NCBI RefSeq assembly: GCF_001306055.1
Contig: NZ_LGHJ01000016.1
Coordinates: 150,001 to 182,000 of the forward strand
DNA from: Bellilinea caldifistulae
GTDB taxonomy: Bacteria > Chloroflexota > Anaerolineae > Anaerolineales > Anaerolineaceae
DNA length: 32,000 nucleotides
Reading direction: 5' to 3'
Position numbers and translations under genes: made by a program. Positions 7,276 through 14,911 of this stretch are shown here, one piece after another; position 1 is the first letter of the stretch; each line of letters opens with the position of its first letter. The notes under the pieces were generated by a model. That model was given only the letters and a program-made list of their open reading frames with translations, was not told where the DNA came from and did no database searches.

Positions 7276-7436
7276 AACAATTCGGCTCGGAAGGGCTTTG
7301 CTAGACTGCGGAATGGAGAGGACGACTTGCGTCCTGAAAAACGGGTCTAGCGAGAGTAAAGAGGGCGATGTACGTCCTGTGATGTTTGAAACCTCTTGAG
7401 AGGTTTGCTAGACATTGCAGGACGCTTTTTTGTTTT
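7276..7436 (+). promoter_or_regulatory. Structured leader RNA with alternative pairings upstream of the protease-scaffold/capsid genes
   Basis: TTTGCTAGAC occurs twice (7297-7306 and 7404-7413), and both copies are complementary to GTCTAGC at 7345-7351. AGGACG (7319-7324) pairs with CGTCCT (7330-7335) as a hairpin. A second hairpin spans 7389-7406. CGTCCTG (7373-7379) pairs with CAGGACG (7418-7424), and that helix is followed by a U tract. Confidence 0.5.
7373..7436 (+). terminator. Terminator-like helix plus U tract 10 nt before the protease-scaffold start
   Basis: A 7-bp GC-rich helix (7373-7379/7418-7424) encloses an inner hairpin AAACCTC-TTGA-GAGGTTT. It is followed by TTTTTTGTTTT (7426-7436). 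The large interior makes it non-canonical. Confidence 0.45.
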
Positions 7437-7446
7437 GGAGTTAAGT

Positions 7447-8787
7447 ATGCCATATCCTAGTGAACATGCTGCCAGACTGATTGATCCAGACCGCTTTGAT
7501 GCCGATTCATTTCGCCGAGAAAACGACAAGTTCGGTGAAGGGATTCACGCTATTTTTGGAAGATTGAAGGGCGAAGACAGTATGACCTTGCAGGCGATTC
7601 GCTTTGATGCGGACAAATTTTCTGCTGAAGAAGCGCGCCAATGGCTGAAGGCACATGATTACGAGCCGATTGCCTTTGAAGAAGCCGAGGAAAAGGCAGA
7701 AAAAGGCCTGGCGTATTTTGTGCCACTACAAAAGGTTATTGAAGCGCGCCGCGAAGTTTGGGGAGTTGCCGCGGCAGAACAACCAGACTCAAGCGGTGAA
7801 ATCATGGATTACGAAAAGTCTAAGCCGCATTTCTGGGAATGGTCGAAACGTGTCCACAAAGCCAGCAAGGGAAAAAGTCTTGGCAATGTGCGGGACAGCC
7901 ATACTAGCAAGGCGGTTGGCAAGGTGATCAAACTGCTTTTCGATGATGCCGCCAAAGTAATTCGTGTAGGTGTAAAGGTGGTGGACAGTGAAGCTTGGCA
8001 AAAAGTCATCGAGGGCGTGTTTACCGGTTTTTCAATTGGCGGCACATACGGCCGGCGTTGGCCGGATGAAATGAACAAAGGCTATATCCGCTATGAAGCC
8101 ATTCCGAATGAAATCAGTCTGGTTGATCTGCCCTGTATTCCAGGAGCGATTATTGAAATGGTCAAAGTGGATGGAACTCAAATCATACTCAGTAAAAACG
8201 AGGTAACCATGAAGGACAAAATTTTAACTACTCTCAAAAAGCAGTTAGGCGATTTGAGCGAAGAAGAGATATCCGCTATCGCCGATGAGTTGGCTGCCAT
8301 TATCGAAGAAAACGAGAATGCTGAGAGTGAGACTTCAGAAGAAGCTCAAAGCGATTCGGAGAACGAATCGGAAAAAGCGGCTGAGGAGCAGCCGAAAGGG
8401 GTTACTGCCGATGAAGTCAAAGAAATCGTTCTCGCTATCTTGCAAGAATTTGGATTGGTGGAAAAAATCAATGACCAATTGGCGCTCAGTGAAAAAGTTG
8501 CCGACATGACCAAATCTGAAATCGCCGATTTGCGCAAGTCGCTGAACACGGTTGCAAATGATATGGCTAAACTGGCTGTGGTCATTGAGGAACTGGAAAA
8601 ACGCGGCGGAAGCGGCCCCGTCCTGCGTGAAATTGGATCGTTATCACCGCAAGCCAGTGCTGCGCTGCAAAAAGCCGAAGCATTGAAAACCGAACTGGCT
8701 AAGACCACCGATCCACTGGTTCGACAAAGTTTACAAAACGAAATTGCACGGCTTGAAATTCAGGCTGTGCAGCAATCTGGAAGATAA
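7447..8787 (+). CDS. Prohead protease (XkdF-like) fused to a scaffolding-like coiled-coil C-terminus
   Basis: SD GGAG at 7437-7440 precedes ATG 7447. The central region (WGVAAAEQPDSSGEIMDYEK...NVRDSHTSKAVGKVI...GFSIGG) resembles the XkdF-type phage protease. An acidic low-complexity stretch and a coiled-coil tail follow. It sits immediately before the capsid gene. Confidence 0.7.
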   Translation: MPYPSEHAARLIDPDRFDADSFRRENDKFGEGIHAIFGRLKGEDSMTLQAIRFDADKFSAEEARQWLKAHDYEPIAFEEAEEKAEKGLAYFVPLQKVIEARREVWGVAAAEQPDSSGEIMDYEKSKPHFWEWSKRVHKASKGKSLGNVRDSHTSKAVGKVIKLLFDDAAKVIRVGVKVVDSEAWQKVIEGVFTGFSIGGTYGRRWPDEMNKGYIRYEAIPNEISLVDLPCIPGAIIEMVKVDGTQIILSKNEVTMKDKILTTLKKQLGDLSEEEISAIADELAAIIEENENAESETSEEAQSDSENESEKAAEEQPKGVTADEVKEIVLAILQEFGLVEKINDQLALSEKVADMTKSEIADLRKSLNTVANDMAKLAVVIEELEKRGGSGPVLREIGSLSPQASAALQKAEALKTELAKTTDPLVRQSLQNEIARLEIQAVQQSGR

Positions 8788-8798
8788 GGAGAATCAAC

Positions 8799-10286
8799 AT
8801 GATTGAAAATCTTTCTCAATTAACTCGTGAGGCGGTTGCCGAGTTTTATAAAGCATTGGGAAAACCGATGCCAGCCGATGCACTGAAGAAAGCCGGCGTT
8901 ACTCAGGCGACCGGTTTGGTAGCTTATGACCTGCAAGCACCTGCTAAGAATCTATTCCCAGTTTTGACCCCAATTCGCAACCGCACACCACGTGTTTCAG
9001 GTGGTGGTGGTACGTCAACCAATTGGAAAGCGGTGGTAGGTATCAATACGGCCGGATTGCGCGGTTTTGTGCCAGAGGGTGAGCGCAATGGTGTGGTCAC
9101 CACTGATGTTCAGGACAAGAGTGCGCCTTATCGTACCTTAGGGCTTGAGGACAGCATCACTTTTGAAGCCGAACGCGCTGCAGTTGGTTTCGAGGATGTG
9201 CGTGCCACGCAAGCTCAACGATTGCTCTGGGCCACCATGATTGAAGAAGAAATCGCCGATCTGGGCGGAAACTATACTGTTCAGTTAGGTACGCCTTCTG
9301 CGCCAACTGTAACTACCGAAGCAAGCGGTGGCTCAATTGGAGCCGGTACCTACAATGTGATTGTTGTGGCCTTAACGCTGTACGGGTATCTGTCATCCTC
9401 GCTAAGCGGCGGGGTGGTTGGTCAGGTCAGTGTTACTCCGGCCAGCGGCGGTTCACCGTTCACATATGGCGGCGGATCATCGAATAAGTCCAATGCGACC
9501 AGCACCGGTGCAATTACCGGCTCGACTAATGTGATCAAAGCCAAAGTGACACCTGTTACGGGTGCCGTGGCTTACGCATGGTATGTGGGCACCAGCGGTA
9601 ATGAAGTGCTGCAAGCCATTACAACTGTCAACAGCGTTGTGCTGACCAGTCTGGTGACTTCCGGCCGGCAGAATGCCAGTGCGATTACCGGGGACAATTC
9701 GCGTAATCTGCTCAGCTATGATGGTATTTTGTACCAGGCATGGACGAGCGGTTCTGGTGCTTACATCAAGGTCATGCCGGATGGTACTTTAGGGACAGGT
9801 ACTGGGCTTTCTGCTTCCAGTGATGGAGGTATTACTGAGATCAACGAGATGTTCCGCTGGATGTGGGATAAGTATCGTCTGTCACCGACCCGCATCTATG
9901 TGAATGCTCAGGAAGCGGACAACATTACCAAGAAAGTTTTAACGGCATCCGCCGCGCAGATTCCGTATGTGACGGGCATGGAATTCACTGCCGGTATGCG
10001 GGTGAAGAGCCTGCTCAACCGCTTCGCGATGGGTGTAGCGCCAGAAGTGCCGTTGGAAATTCATCCTAATCTGCCGCCTGGTACGCTGGTAGCGGTTACT
10101 GAGCAATTACCTTATCCGATCAACGGTGTACCCAATGTGATGGAAATGCGCTTGCGTCAGGATTACTATCAAATCGAATGGCCGCAGCGCACGCGGAAGT
10201 ACGAGAGTGGCGTCTACTTTGACGGCGTTTTTGCCCACTACTTCCCACCTTCTATTGGGATCATTACCAATATCGGGAATGCGTAA
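8799..10286 (+). CDS. Major capsid protein (with a Gly/Ser/Thr-rich inserted domain)
   Basis: Strong SD (AAGGAG). The 495-aa product sits after the protease/scaffold gene and before the connector genes. A stable hairpin follows the gene. Family membership was not verified. Confidence 0.8.
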   Translation: MIENLSQLTREAVAEFYKALGKPMPADALKKAGVTQATGLVAYDLQAPAKNLFPVLTPIRNRTPRVSGGGGTSTNWKAVVGINTAGLRGFVPEGERNGVVTTDVQDKSAPYRTLGLEDSITFEAERAAVGFEDVRATQAQRLLWATMIEEEIADLGGNYTVQLGTPSAPTVTTEASGGSIGAGTYNVIVVALTLYGYLSSSLSGGVVGQVSVTPASGGSPFTYGGGSSNKSNATSTGAITGSTNVIKAKVTPVTGAVAYAWYVGTSGNEVLQAITTVNSVVLTSLVTSGRQNASAITGDNSRNLLSYDGILYQAWTSGSGAYIKVMPDGTLGTGTGLSASSDGGITEINEMFRWMWDKYRLSPTRIYVNAQEADNITKKVLTASAAQIPYVTGMEFTAGMRVKSLLNRFAMGVAPEVPLEIHPNLPPGTLVAVTEQLPYPINGVPNVMEMRLRQDYYQIEWPQRTRKYESGVYFDGVFAHYFPPSIGIITNIGNA

Positions 10287-10293
10287 ATGTACT

Positions 10294-10321
10294 GGGGAGG
10301 GGCTTGAGAAAGTCTCTCCCC
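10294..10321 (+). terminator. GC-rich hairpin after the capsid gene (no U tract)
   Basis: GGGGAGGG (10294-10301) pairs with CTCTCCCC (10314-10321), including one G-U pair, around a 12-nt loop. It may act as an mRNA stabiliser or partial terminator. Confidence 0.35.
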
Positions 10322-10335
10322 TGCATTGAGGTGCT

Positions 10336-10557
10336 ATGAAGTACCGAGCATTGGGAAACTTACACAGTATTAGCCGGGGCGATTTTGTTGCCTATGTTGA
10401 AGATGGCCGGATTGAACTGCCGGAAGACATAGCCAGGGATTTACTGCAATCCGGTGAAATCGCACCCGATACTGAGCATAAAGAAATAAGCAATGACAGA
10501 TTACACGACTTTGGCAGCAGTGAAACGAGCGCTCGGAAGCGTAGAAAACGCGGATGA
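10336..10557 (+). CDS. Hypothetical small head-region protein (73 aa)
   Basis: SD GAGGTG lies upstream. The ORF overlaps the next gene by 65 nt, so its 3' part is doubtful. Confidence 0.4.
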   Translation: MKYRALGNLHSISRGDFVAYVEDGRIELPEDIARDLLQSGEIAPDTEHKEISNDRLHDFGSSETSARKRRKRG

Positions 10558-11056
10558 TGTGCTTTTGATGGAATTAATCACGCAGGCCAGCCGAACGATA
10601 GATAGATTTTGCGCTGGTGCGGATAACTATTTCGTCAAGGAAACGCTGTCAAATGTCATCTTGCGAGGATATATCTCTGAAGGAGTTTTGCGGTGTTGGC
10701 CACCGAAGCCGGTCATCGAAAGTGTGTCTTATCTTGCTTATCGTTCATCGGCTGGCGAGAATTGGCATGAATTAGATCCAACCAAAACGGAAATTTTCAA
10801 GTCTTTTGTGTCTTGGAATGGCGTATATGGACAAGGAAAGGTTCAGGTGAACTTATCCTTCACCGGTGGATTTACGCCGTTGCCAGACGACCTGGTCAAT
10901 GCAGCCACACTACTGAGTGTGCGATTTTACAAAGAAATCAAATCGGGCTTGACGGACAGCATTGGTGTGGCGGAGCTGGGCATGCTTCAATACACGAAAG
11001 CATTGCCGGAACGGGTTCAGGTCATGCTGAAACCATATAGACGGATTGTGTTATGA
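10493..11056 (+). CDS. Head-tail connector protein (gp6-like)
   Basis: The N-terminus TLAAVKRALGSVENADDVLLMELITQASRTIDRFC is the typical gp6-like connector signature. Confidence 0.7.
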   Translation: MTDYTTLAAVKRALGSVENADDVLLMELITQASRTIDRFCAGADNYFVKETLSNVILRGYISEGVLRCWPPKPVIESVSYLAYRSSAGENWHELDPTKTEIFKSFVSWNGVYGQGKVQVNLSFTGGFTPLPDDLVNAATLLSVRFYKEIKSGLTDSIGVAELGMLQYTKALPERVQVMLKPYRRIVL

Positions 11057-11511
11057 CGGACATTAGACAGCGGTTGGTGGAGATACAAAGCAATATTGCG
11101 GGCGTCAAGCGTGCTTATATGTGGGCGCCGCAGTCGCTGGCCGATTCGGACTTGCCGGTATTTTGCAACTTTGCTGGTGCGTCAACCGTCAGTCAAATAT
11201 CGGAAACCATTGTAGAGGAGACCCGCACCTGGCTGATGCGGCTGTACGTCAAGCCGGTATTGCAAGGAATTGACGGTGAGGTCGAGAAAGCCGTTGAGCC
11301 GTTTTTTTCAAATGTGCGTGATACGTTTTTGTCGCATCCCATGCTTGGCAGCGGAGCAAAAGACTCTGTGTTGCCCTGGATTGAAAAAGTCACATGGCTA
11401 GGAGACAGCGGCATTCAGGTTTTGAGTTACGCTGGACAGAATTATTTGGGTATCGAATTCAGGTTATCAATTACCAAGATTGTGCCGATTTCAACTGCAT
11501 CGTATGAGTGA
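11053..11511 (+). CDS. Head-tail joining / tail-terminator-like protein
   Basis: ATGA coupling to the connector gene. The call rests on size and position. It resembles DUF3168-type neck proteins only loosely. Confidence 0.45.
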   Translation: MTDIRQRLVEIQSNIAGVKRAYMWAPQSLADSDLPVFCNFAGASTVSQISETIVEETRTWLMRLYVKPVLQGIDGEVEKAVEPFFSNVRDTFLSHPMLGSGAKDSVLPWIEKVTWLGDSGIQVLSYAGQNYLGIEFRLSITKIVPISTASYE

Positions 11512-11518
11512 GGTTACT

Positions 11519-11794
11519 ATGGAGATGATCAGCGAATCAATGATCAATGGAATTCCATTAGTCCTGGTTGTTCTTGGTCTGGTGGAATGGTCGAAGCGGC
11601 TGGGAGTATCCGGTAAGGCTTTGCAGATACTCAGTATGCTGGTTGGTGTAGTTTTGGGCGTGTTGTACCAGTTCAGCCAGCAGCCGCTTGAAGGATTTTC
11701 TGTATGGTTTGGCGCAGTGGTCTATGGTCTGGCACTCGGCCTGGTGGCCAGTGGGATTTATGATGCTGTGCGGAGTGCCGTTAACCGAGGTTGA
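11519..11794 (+). CDS. Holin, three TM segments
   Basis: SD GAGGT precedes ATG 11519. Three hydrophobic helices are present (GIPLVLVVLGLV, ALQILSMLVGVVLGVLY, FSVWFGAVVYGLALGLVASGIY) with a charged C-terminal end. It lies two genes upstream of the endolysin. Confidence 0.7.
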   Translation: MEMISESMINGIPLVLVVLGLVEWSKRLGVSGKALQILSMLVGVVLGVLYQFSQQPLEGFSVWFGAVVYGLALGLVASGIYDAVRSAVNRG

Positions 11795-11796
11795 GG

Positions 11797-12153
11797 ATGA
11801 CCGCAGCTGAAGAACGCGTTAGTAACATCAGTTTGCAACGGCAAATTTCCGGCCTCTCATCGCGTCTGGATCAGGTTGCGGCGGATGTTGCGGAGATTAA
11901 GATCATGCTCAAAGACATCGAGGCACGCGTGAGGAAATTGGAAACTTATGAAGCCGGATCGCATCCGCTCATGGACAACAAAATTGACGCCGCCTGGCGA
12001 AAATTAGAAGAACATGATCGCCGGATTGATAATTTGACTAATATCGTTGCTAAACTTGATCAATCTAACCGCCTGATGGCCTGGTTAGGTGGCATACTCG
12101 GATCAACGGTTCTCATTTGGCTGGTGACGCAGATACTGGGGGTGGTTAGATGA
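11797..12153 (+). CDS. XhlA-like lysis-associated protein (coiled coil plus C-terminal TM)
   Basis: The N-terminal part is heptad-rich (LDQVAADVAEIKIMLKDIEARVRKLE). A single C-terminal TM is present (LMAWLGGILGSTVLIWLVTQILGVV). It lies between the holin and the endolysin. Confidence 0.5.
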   Translation: MTAAEERVSNISLQRQISGLSSRLDQVAADVAEIKIMLKDIEARVRKLETYEAGSHPLMDNKIDAAWRKLEEHDRRIDNLTNIVAKLDQSNRLMAWLGGILGSTVLIWLVTQILGVVR

Positions 12154-12278
12154 GTATCGTTTTGATTGTTGGTTTTCTACTTGTATTTGGAGTAACTTTT
12201 ATCATTGGAATATTTCCAATTGCGTCCTGTATTCTATCCTCAATGATTTCAAGAGATGAGGAGCAGCATGGCAGATAA
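12150..12278 (+). CDS. Small membrane protein (42 aa), lysis cassette; below the ORF-track cutoff
   Basis: ATGA overlap with the previous stop. The product is MSIVLIVGFLLVFGVTFIIGIFPIASCILSSMISRDEEQHGR. It overlaps the endolysin start by 11 nt. Confidence 0.4.
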   Translation: MSIVLIVGFLLVFGVTFIIGIFPIASCILSSMISRDEEQHGR

Positions 12279-13131
12279 AGCATTAGGCTGTGATGTCAGC
12301 CACTGGCAGGGCGAGATAAATTTTGAGAAGATGCACGATGCCGGTGCGTCATTCGTGTTTCTCAAAGCATCCCAGGCAACCTGGACAGATCGCCGCTTTG
12401 TGGAAAACTACCGTGCCGCAAAACAAGCTGGTTTGCTGGTGGGAATGTACCACTATTTAGATTGGTCAGTTCCTTCTGGTCAACAGGCGCGCTATTTTGC
12501 TGGTTTAATAGCGGATTATCCGCCAGACATCGAACCGGTCATTGATTACGAAGAGCGCAGGAATGCTCCAAATCGGCTGGCGGCTATTTCAGCCCTTAAT
12601 GCTTTTATTCAGACAGTTGAAGATTTAATAGGCCGGTTGTGTGTAATCTATACCTCGCCGGGTTATTGGCGTGAATACGGCGATACTTCTGATAGATGGA
12701 AAAAATACCCGCTGTGGGTTGCGCATTATGGCGTAACGCGCCCAACGGTGCCGGTCCCGTGGACAGACTGGCTGTTCTGGCAGTACACGGATAAAGGCGA
12801 TGGGGCTTTGTATGGAGTAGAAAGCAAACAAATTGATTTGAACTGGTTCAATGGCACCGTTGAGCAGTTACGGGAACGTTATCAGTCAAATTCTGTTGCT
12901 TTGCCGCCGCCAATCGTGAAATCTGTCAAATTAAGGGTAGTCGTCCCGGTTCTGAATATTCGTCAAGGGCCGGCTACGTCCTTTGCGCGCATTGGTGATT
13001 TGCGACAGGGCGCACAAATTACCGTTGAAGCCATCAAAGTAGAAAATGCCCGGCGGGTCTGGGTTAAGCACTCAGCCGGCTGGTCAGCATTGGTCTATGA
13101 CGGGTCGGTATTTATGCAGGAGATCGTATGA
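12268..13131 (+). CDS. Endolysin: GH25 muramidase with C-terminal SH3-like wall-binding domain
   Basis: GCDVSHWQGEINFEKMHDAGASFVFLKASQ is the GH25 signature. The C-terminus LNIRQGPATSFARIGDLRQGAQITVE...WVKHSAGWSAL is SH3_3-like. SD GAGGAG precedes ATG 12268. Confidence 0.9.
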   Translation: MADKALGCDVSHWQGEINFEKMHDAGASFVFLKASQATWTDRRFVENYRAAKQAGLLVGMYHYLDWSVPSGQQARYFAGLIADYPPDIEPVIDYEERRNAPNRLAAISALNAFIQTVEDLIGRLCVIYTSPGYWREYGDTSDRWKKYPLWVAHYGVTRPTVPVPWTDWLFWQYTDKGDGALYGVESKQIDLNWFNGTVEQLRERYQSNSVALPPPIVKSVKLRVVVPVLNIRQGPATSFARIGDLRQGAQITVEAIKVENARRVWVKHSAGWSALVYDGSVFMQEIV

Positions 13132-13295
13132 AACATAAGGTTGACGAAAAAATACCCTGTCCGCTTTGCGGAAAATTATTATCGCCCCATCATACTGAGT
13201 GTGAGGTGAGATACTTTTGCGACTGTGCAGGTTACAGTCGTCCGGTGATCGAAATTCAAAAAGAAGGAGTAAAGCAAAATGGCAGCACCAACTGA
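13128..13295 (+). CDS. Small Cys-rich (zinc-ribbon-like) protein, 55 aa; below the ORF-track cutoff
   Basis: SD GGAG (13119-13122) lies 5 nt before ATG 13128, which forms an ATGA overlap with the endolysin stop. The product contains CPLCGK...HHTEC...FCDC. Confidence 0.45.
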   Translation: MKHKVDEKIPCPLCGKLLSPHHTECEVRYFCDCAGYSRPVIEIQKEGVKQNGSTN

Positions 13296-14088
13296 AAAAA
13301 CATTGAATTACGGTTTGCGCTATGCTTGTGTATACGAACTGGACAGCAACGGTTATCCAAAAGCCAGCGGTGCAACGGCTTATGAGGGCATCCAGTTCAA
13401 GGGGTCAACTGCATTTGACCTGACCATTCCAGATGCGCGCAAGCTGACCGGATTGGGTGAAGACGGTATCACTCAGGTTGTATATTTGCCACCTCAGGAA
13501 GGTGCAGATGCGCGGCTGAATGTGGAAGCATCCGATCCAGTACTGGCTGCGCTTCTGGATGGGACGAAGGTAGCCACCGTAGGTGAAACAACCGTAGTTG
13601 GTATTGCAACCGACAAACAGGGCTTTGAGCCGCGTGTGGCGCTGCTGCTCTATCAAGCAGCTAAAGGATTGGAGACTGGCAAGACCTACTGGCATAGTTT
13701 CATTATTCCATCGGCCCAAGTGGTGCGCAAATCACCCGGCATGGGTGCAGATAAAGCCATTACTCAGTATCAGGTGGCGCCCAATCGGGTGAAAAAGCAC
13801 TTGTGGGGCGTGGCTTTCTCCAACAACACGGAAGGCTTTTTAGAAGCGCAAGTTCTGGAAGTTTGGAGCAATTACCCGCTGCGGATTGCATCGTATCTGG
13901 GCGATGGGACAACGACGGCTTTCAATTTTCCAGCCAACTTTCCAGCAGTGTCCACGGACGGCATTAAGGTTTGGAAAAATGGTACGGAAGTTACCACCGG
14001 TTTGACCAAGACGGTTACCGGAATTACGTTCTCGACTGCACCTGCTAATAACGATGTAATTGTCGTTCTGCGTGAGGTTGCCGGATGA
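13279..14088 (+). CDS. Major tail (tube) protein with C-terminal Ig-like domain
   Basis: Strong SD (AAGGAG). It sits directly upstream of the frameshifted chaperone pair and the tape measure. The C-terminal ~70 aa are beta-rich (GDGTTTAFNFPANF...IKVWKNGTEVTTGLTKTVTGITF). Confidence 0.7.
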   Translation: MAAPTEKTLNYGLRYACVYELDSNGYPKASGATAYEGIQFKGSTAFDLTIPDARKLTGLGEDGITQVVYLPPQEGADARLNVEASDPVLAALLDGTKVATVGETTVVGIATDKQGFEPRVALLLYQAAKGLETGKTYWHSFIIPSAQVVRKSPGMGADKAITQYQVAPNRVKKHLWGVAFSNNTEGFLEAQVLEVWSNYPLRIASYLGDGTTTAFNFPANFPAVSTDGIKVWKNGTEVTTGLTKTVTGITFSTAPANNDVIVVLREVAG

Positions 14089-14438
14089 GAAAATTGGAAT
14101 TGACCGCCGAAGGTGTGACTGTTTGGTTGACTATCCGTCATGCCACCGTAAGTGATGCGATGCAGCGCGGGATGCTGGCTGCCAAAGCAGCCGAGACAGA
14201 TTATCCCAGTGATGTTGAGCAGGCTGTTGCAGTAATGATCTATCCGCGCTGCATCGCCTGCGCGCAAGGTGAAATCGAGCAGAATGGTGAAAGAAAATCC
14301 ATTGAACATTTAACACCTTTGGAGTTCTGCGCCTTGCCTTACGAGATTGGCGAAGCATGGTTAGAAGCTGTCCTTGAGGAAAATCCCGGTTGGTCTTTGC
14401 AACCGCTTGAAGAGCAAGACAACGAAAAAAAAGACTAG
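14085..14438 (+). CDS. Tail assembly chaperone (G-like, short form)
   Basis: Located between the tail tube and the tape measure, with an acidic C-terminus. It ends just after an A-rich slippery site. Confidence 0.75.
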   Translation: MRKLELTAEGVTVWLTIRHATVSDAMQRGMLAAKAAETDYPSDVEQAVAVMIYPRCIACAQGEIEQNGERKSIEHLTPLEFCALPYEIGEAWLEAVLEENPGWSLQPLEEQDNEKKD

Positions 14439-14692
14439 ATGTTGTCAGACAATTAGAACGGTTTTACTGTTCAAAGGCTGCTGGGGATTTTCCGGACGAA
14501 TCGTTTGGTTTGGGGGAAATCCCCACTTCTATTCTCAATCAGGCGCTGGACATTTTACTGGTGCTAGAGGCAATCGAGTGGAAATGGGACATCACCACCA
14601 TACTCAGTCAGCCGGATGATCTGCTTCGAGCGGTGTTGCGACTGAAATCGGTTGGTGAAAAGTTGCGAAGGGAGCAATCAGATGCGGAGTAA
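14085..14692 (+). CDS. Tail assembly chaperone, -1 frameshifted long form (GT-like)
   Basis: I read the -1 frame codon by codon and found it open from the slippery site to the stop at 14690-14692. With one nucleotide read twice, the length is a multiple of three. Confidence 0.65.
14426..14432 (+). promoter_or_regulatory. Programmed -1 ribosomal frameshift slippery heptamer A_AAA_AAA
   Basis: The zero-frame codons are GAA AAA AAA GAC TAG. The run of eight A spans 14425-14432, only 4 nt before the zero-frame stop. Confidence 0.65.
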
Positions 14693-14905
14693 GCGCAACA
14701 GCCAAAACAAAAAAACAATCCATGCTACGGGAAATCCACAGGCTGCAATGTATAGACCCGGATTGGGCACAAAAACCGCCAGTCCGACCAGGACAAAAGA
14801 TGTAATAAACATGGAAACAAACCAGATCGTCCCGGCATTAGAAGACCGCGACGGCGGCTCCCATGTATCTTCATCGGGATCATTCTTGAACCAACTGCTA
14901 TACAT
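14678..14905 (-). CDS. Antisense-oriented small membrane protein (75 aa, two TM hairpin); moron candidate
   Basis: This is the only convincing minus-strand gene inside the late operon. It fills the 233-nt gap between GT and the tape measure. It has two clean hydrophobic helices (GTIWFVSMFITSFVLVGLAVFV and LYIAACGFPVAWIVFLFWLL) and a basic tail (RLLRI). Confidence 0.55.
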   Translation of the reverse strand: MYSSWFKNDPDEDTWEPPSRSSNAGTIWFVSMFITSFVLVGLAVFVPNPGLYIAACGFPVAWIVFLFWLLRLLRI

Positions 14906-14911
14906 ATTTCT

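Noticed and set aside
7276-7436. A self-cleaving ribozyme (hammerhead-like CTGTGATG...GAAAC near 7376-7392) or a known riboswitch
   Set aside because: The core does not match CUGANGA...GAAA with the required stems. No other ribozyme or riboswitch consensus that I know fits. It is kept only as an unclassified conditional-terminator leader.
7396-7446. Longer protease-scaffold start at 7396
   Set aside because: The extension would be translated from inside the terminator-like helix and U tract, with no SD. ATG 7447 has GGAG 6 nt upstream.
14374-14619. ORF in the +1 frame as the chaperone frameshift extension
   Set aside because: The A8 slippery site supports a -1 shift. The -1 frame (the frame containing track ORF 14510..14692) is open from the slip site, while the other frame is not connected to it.
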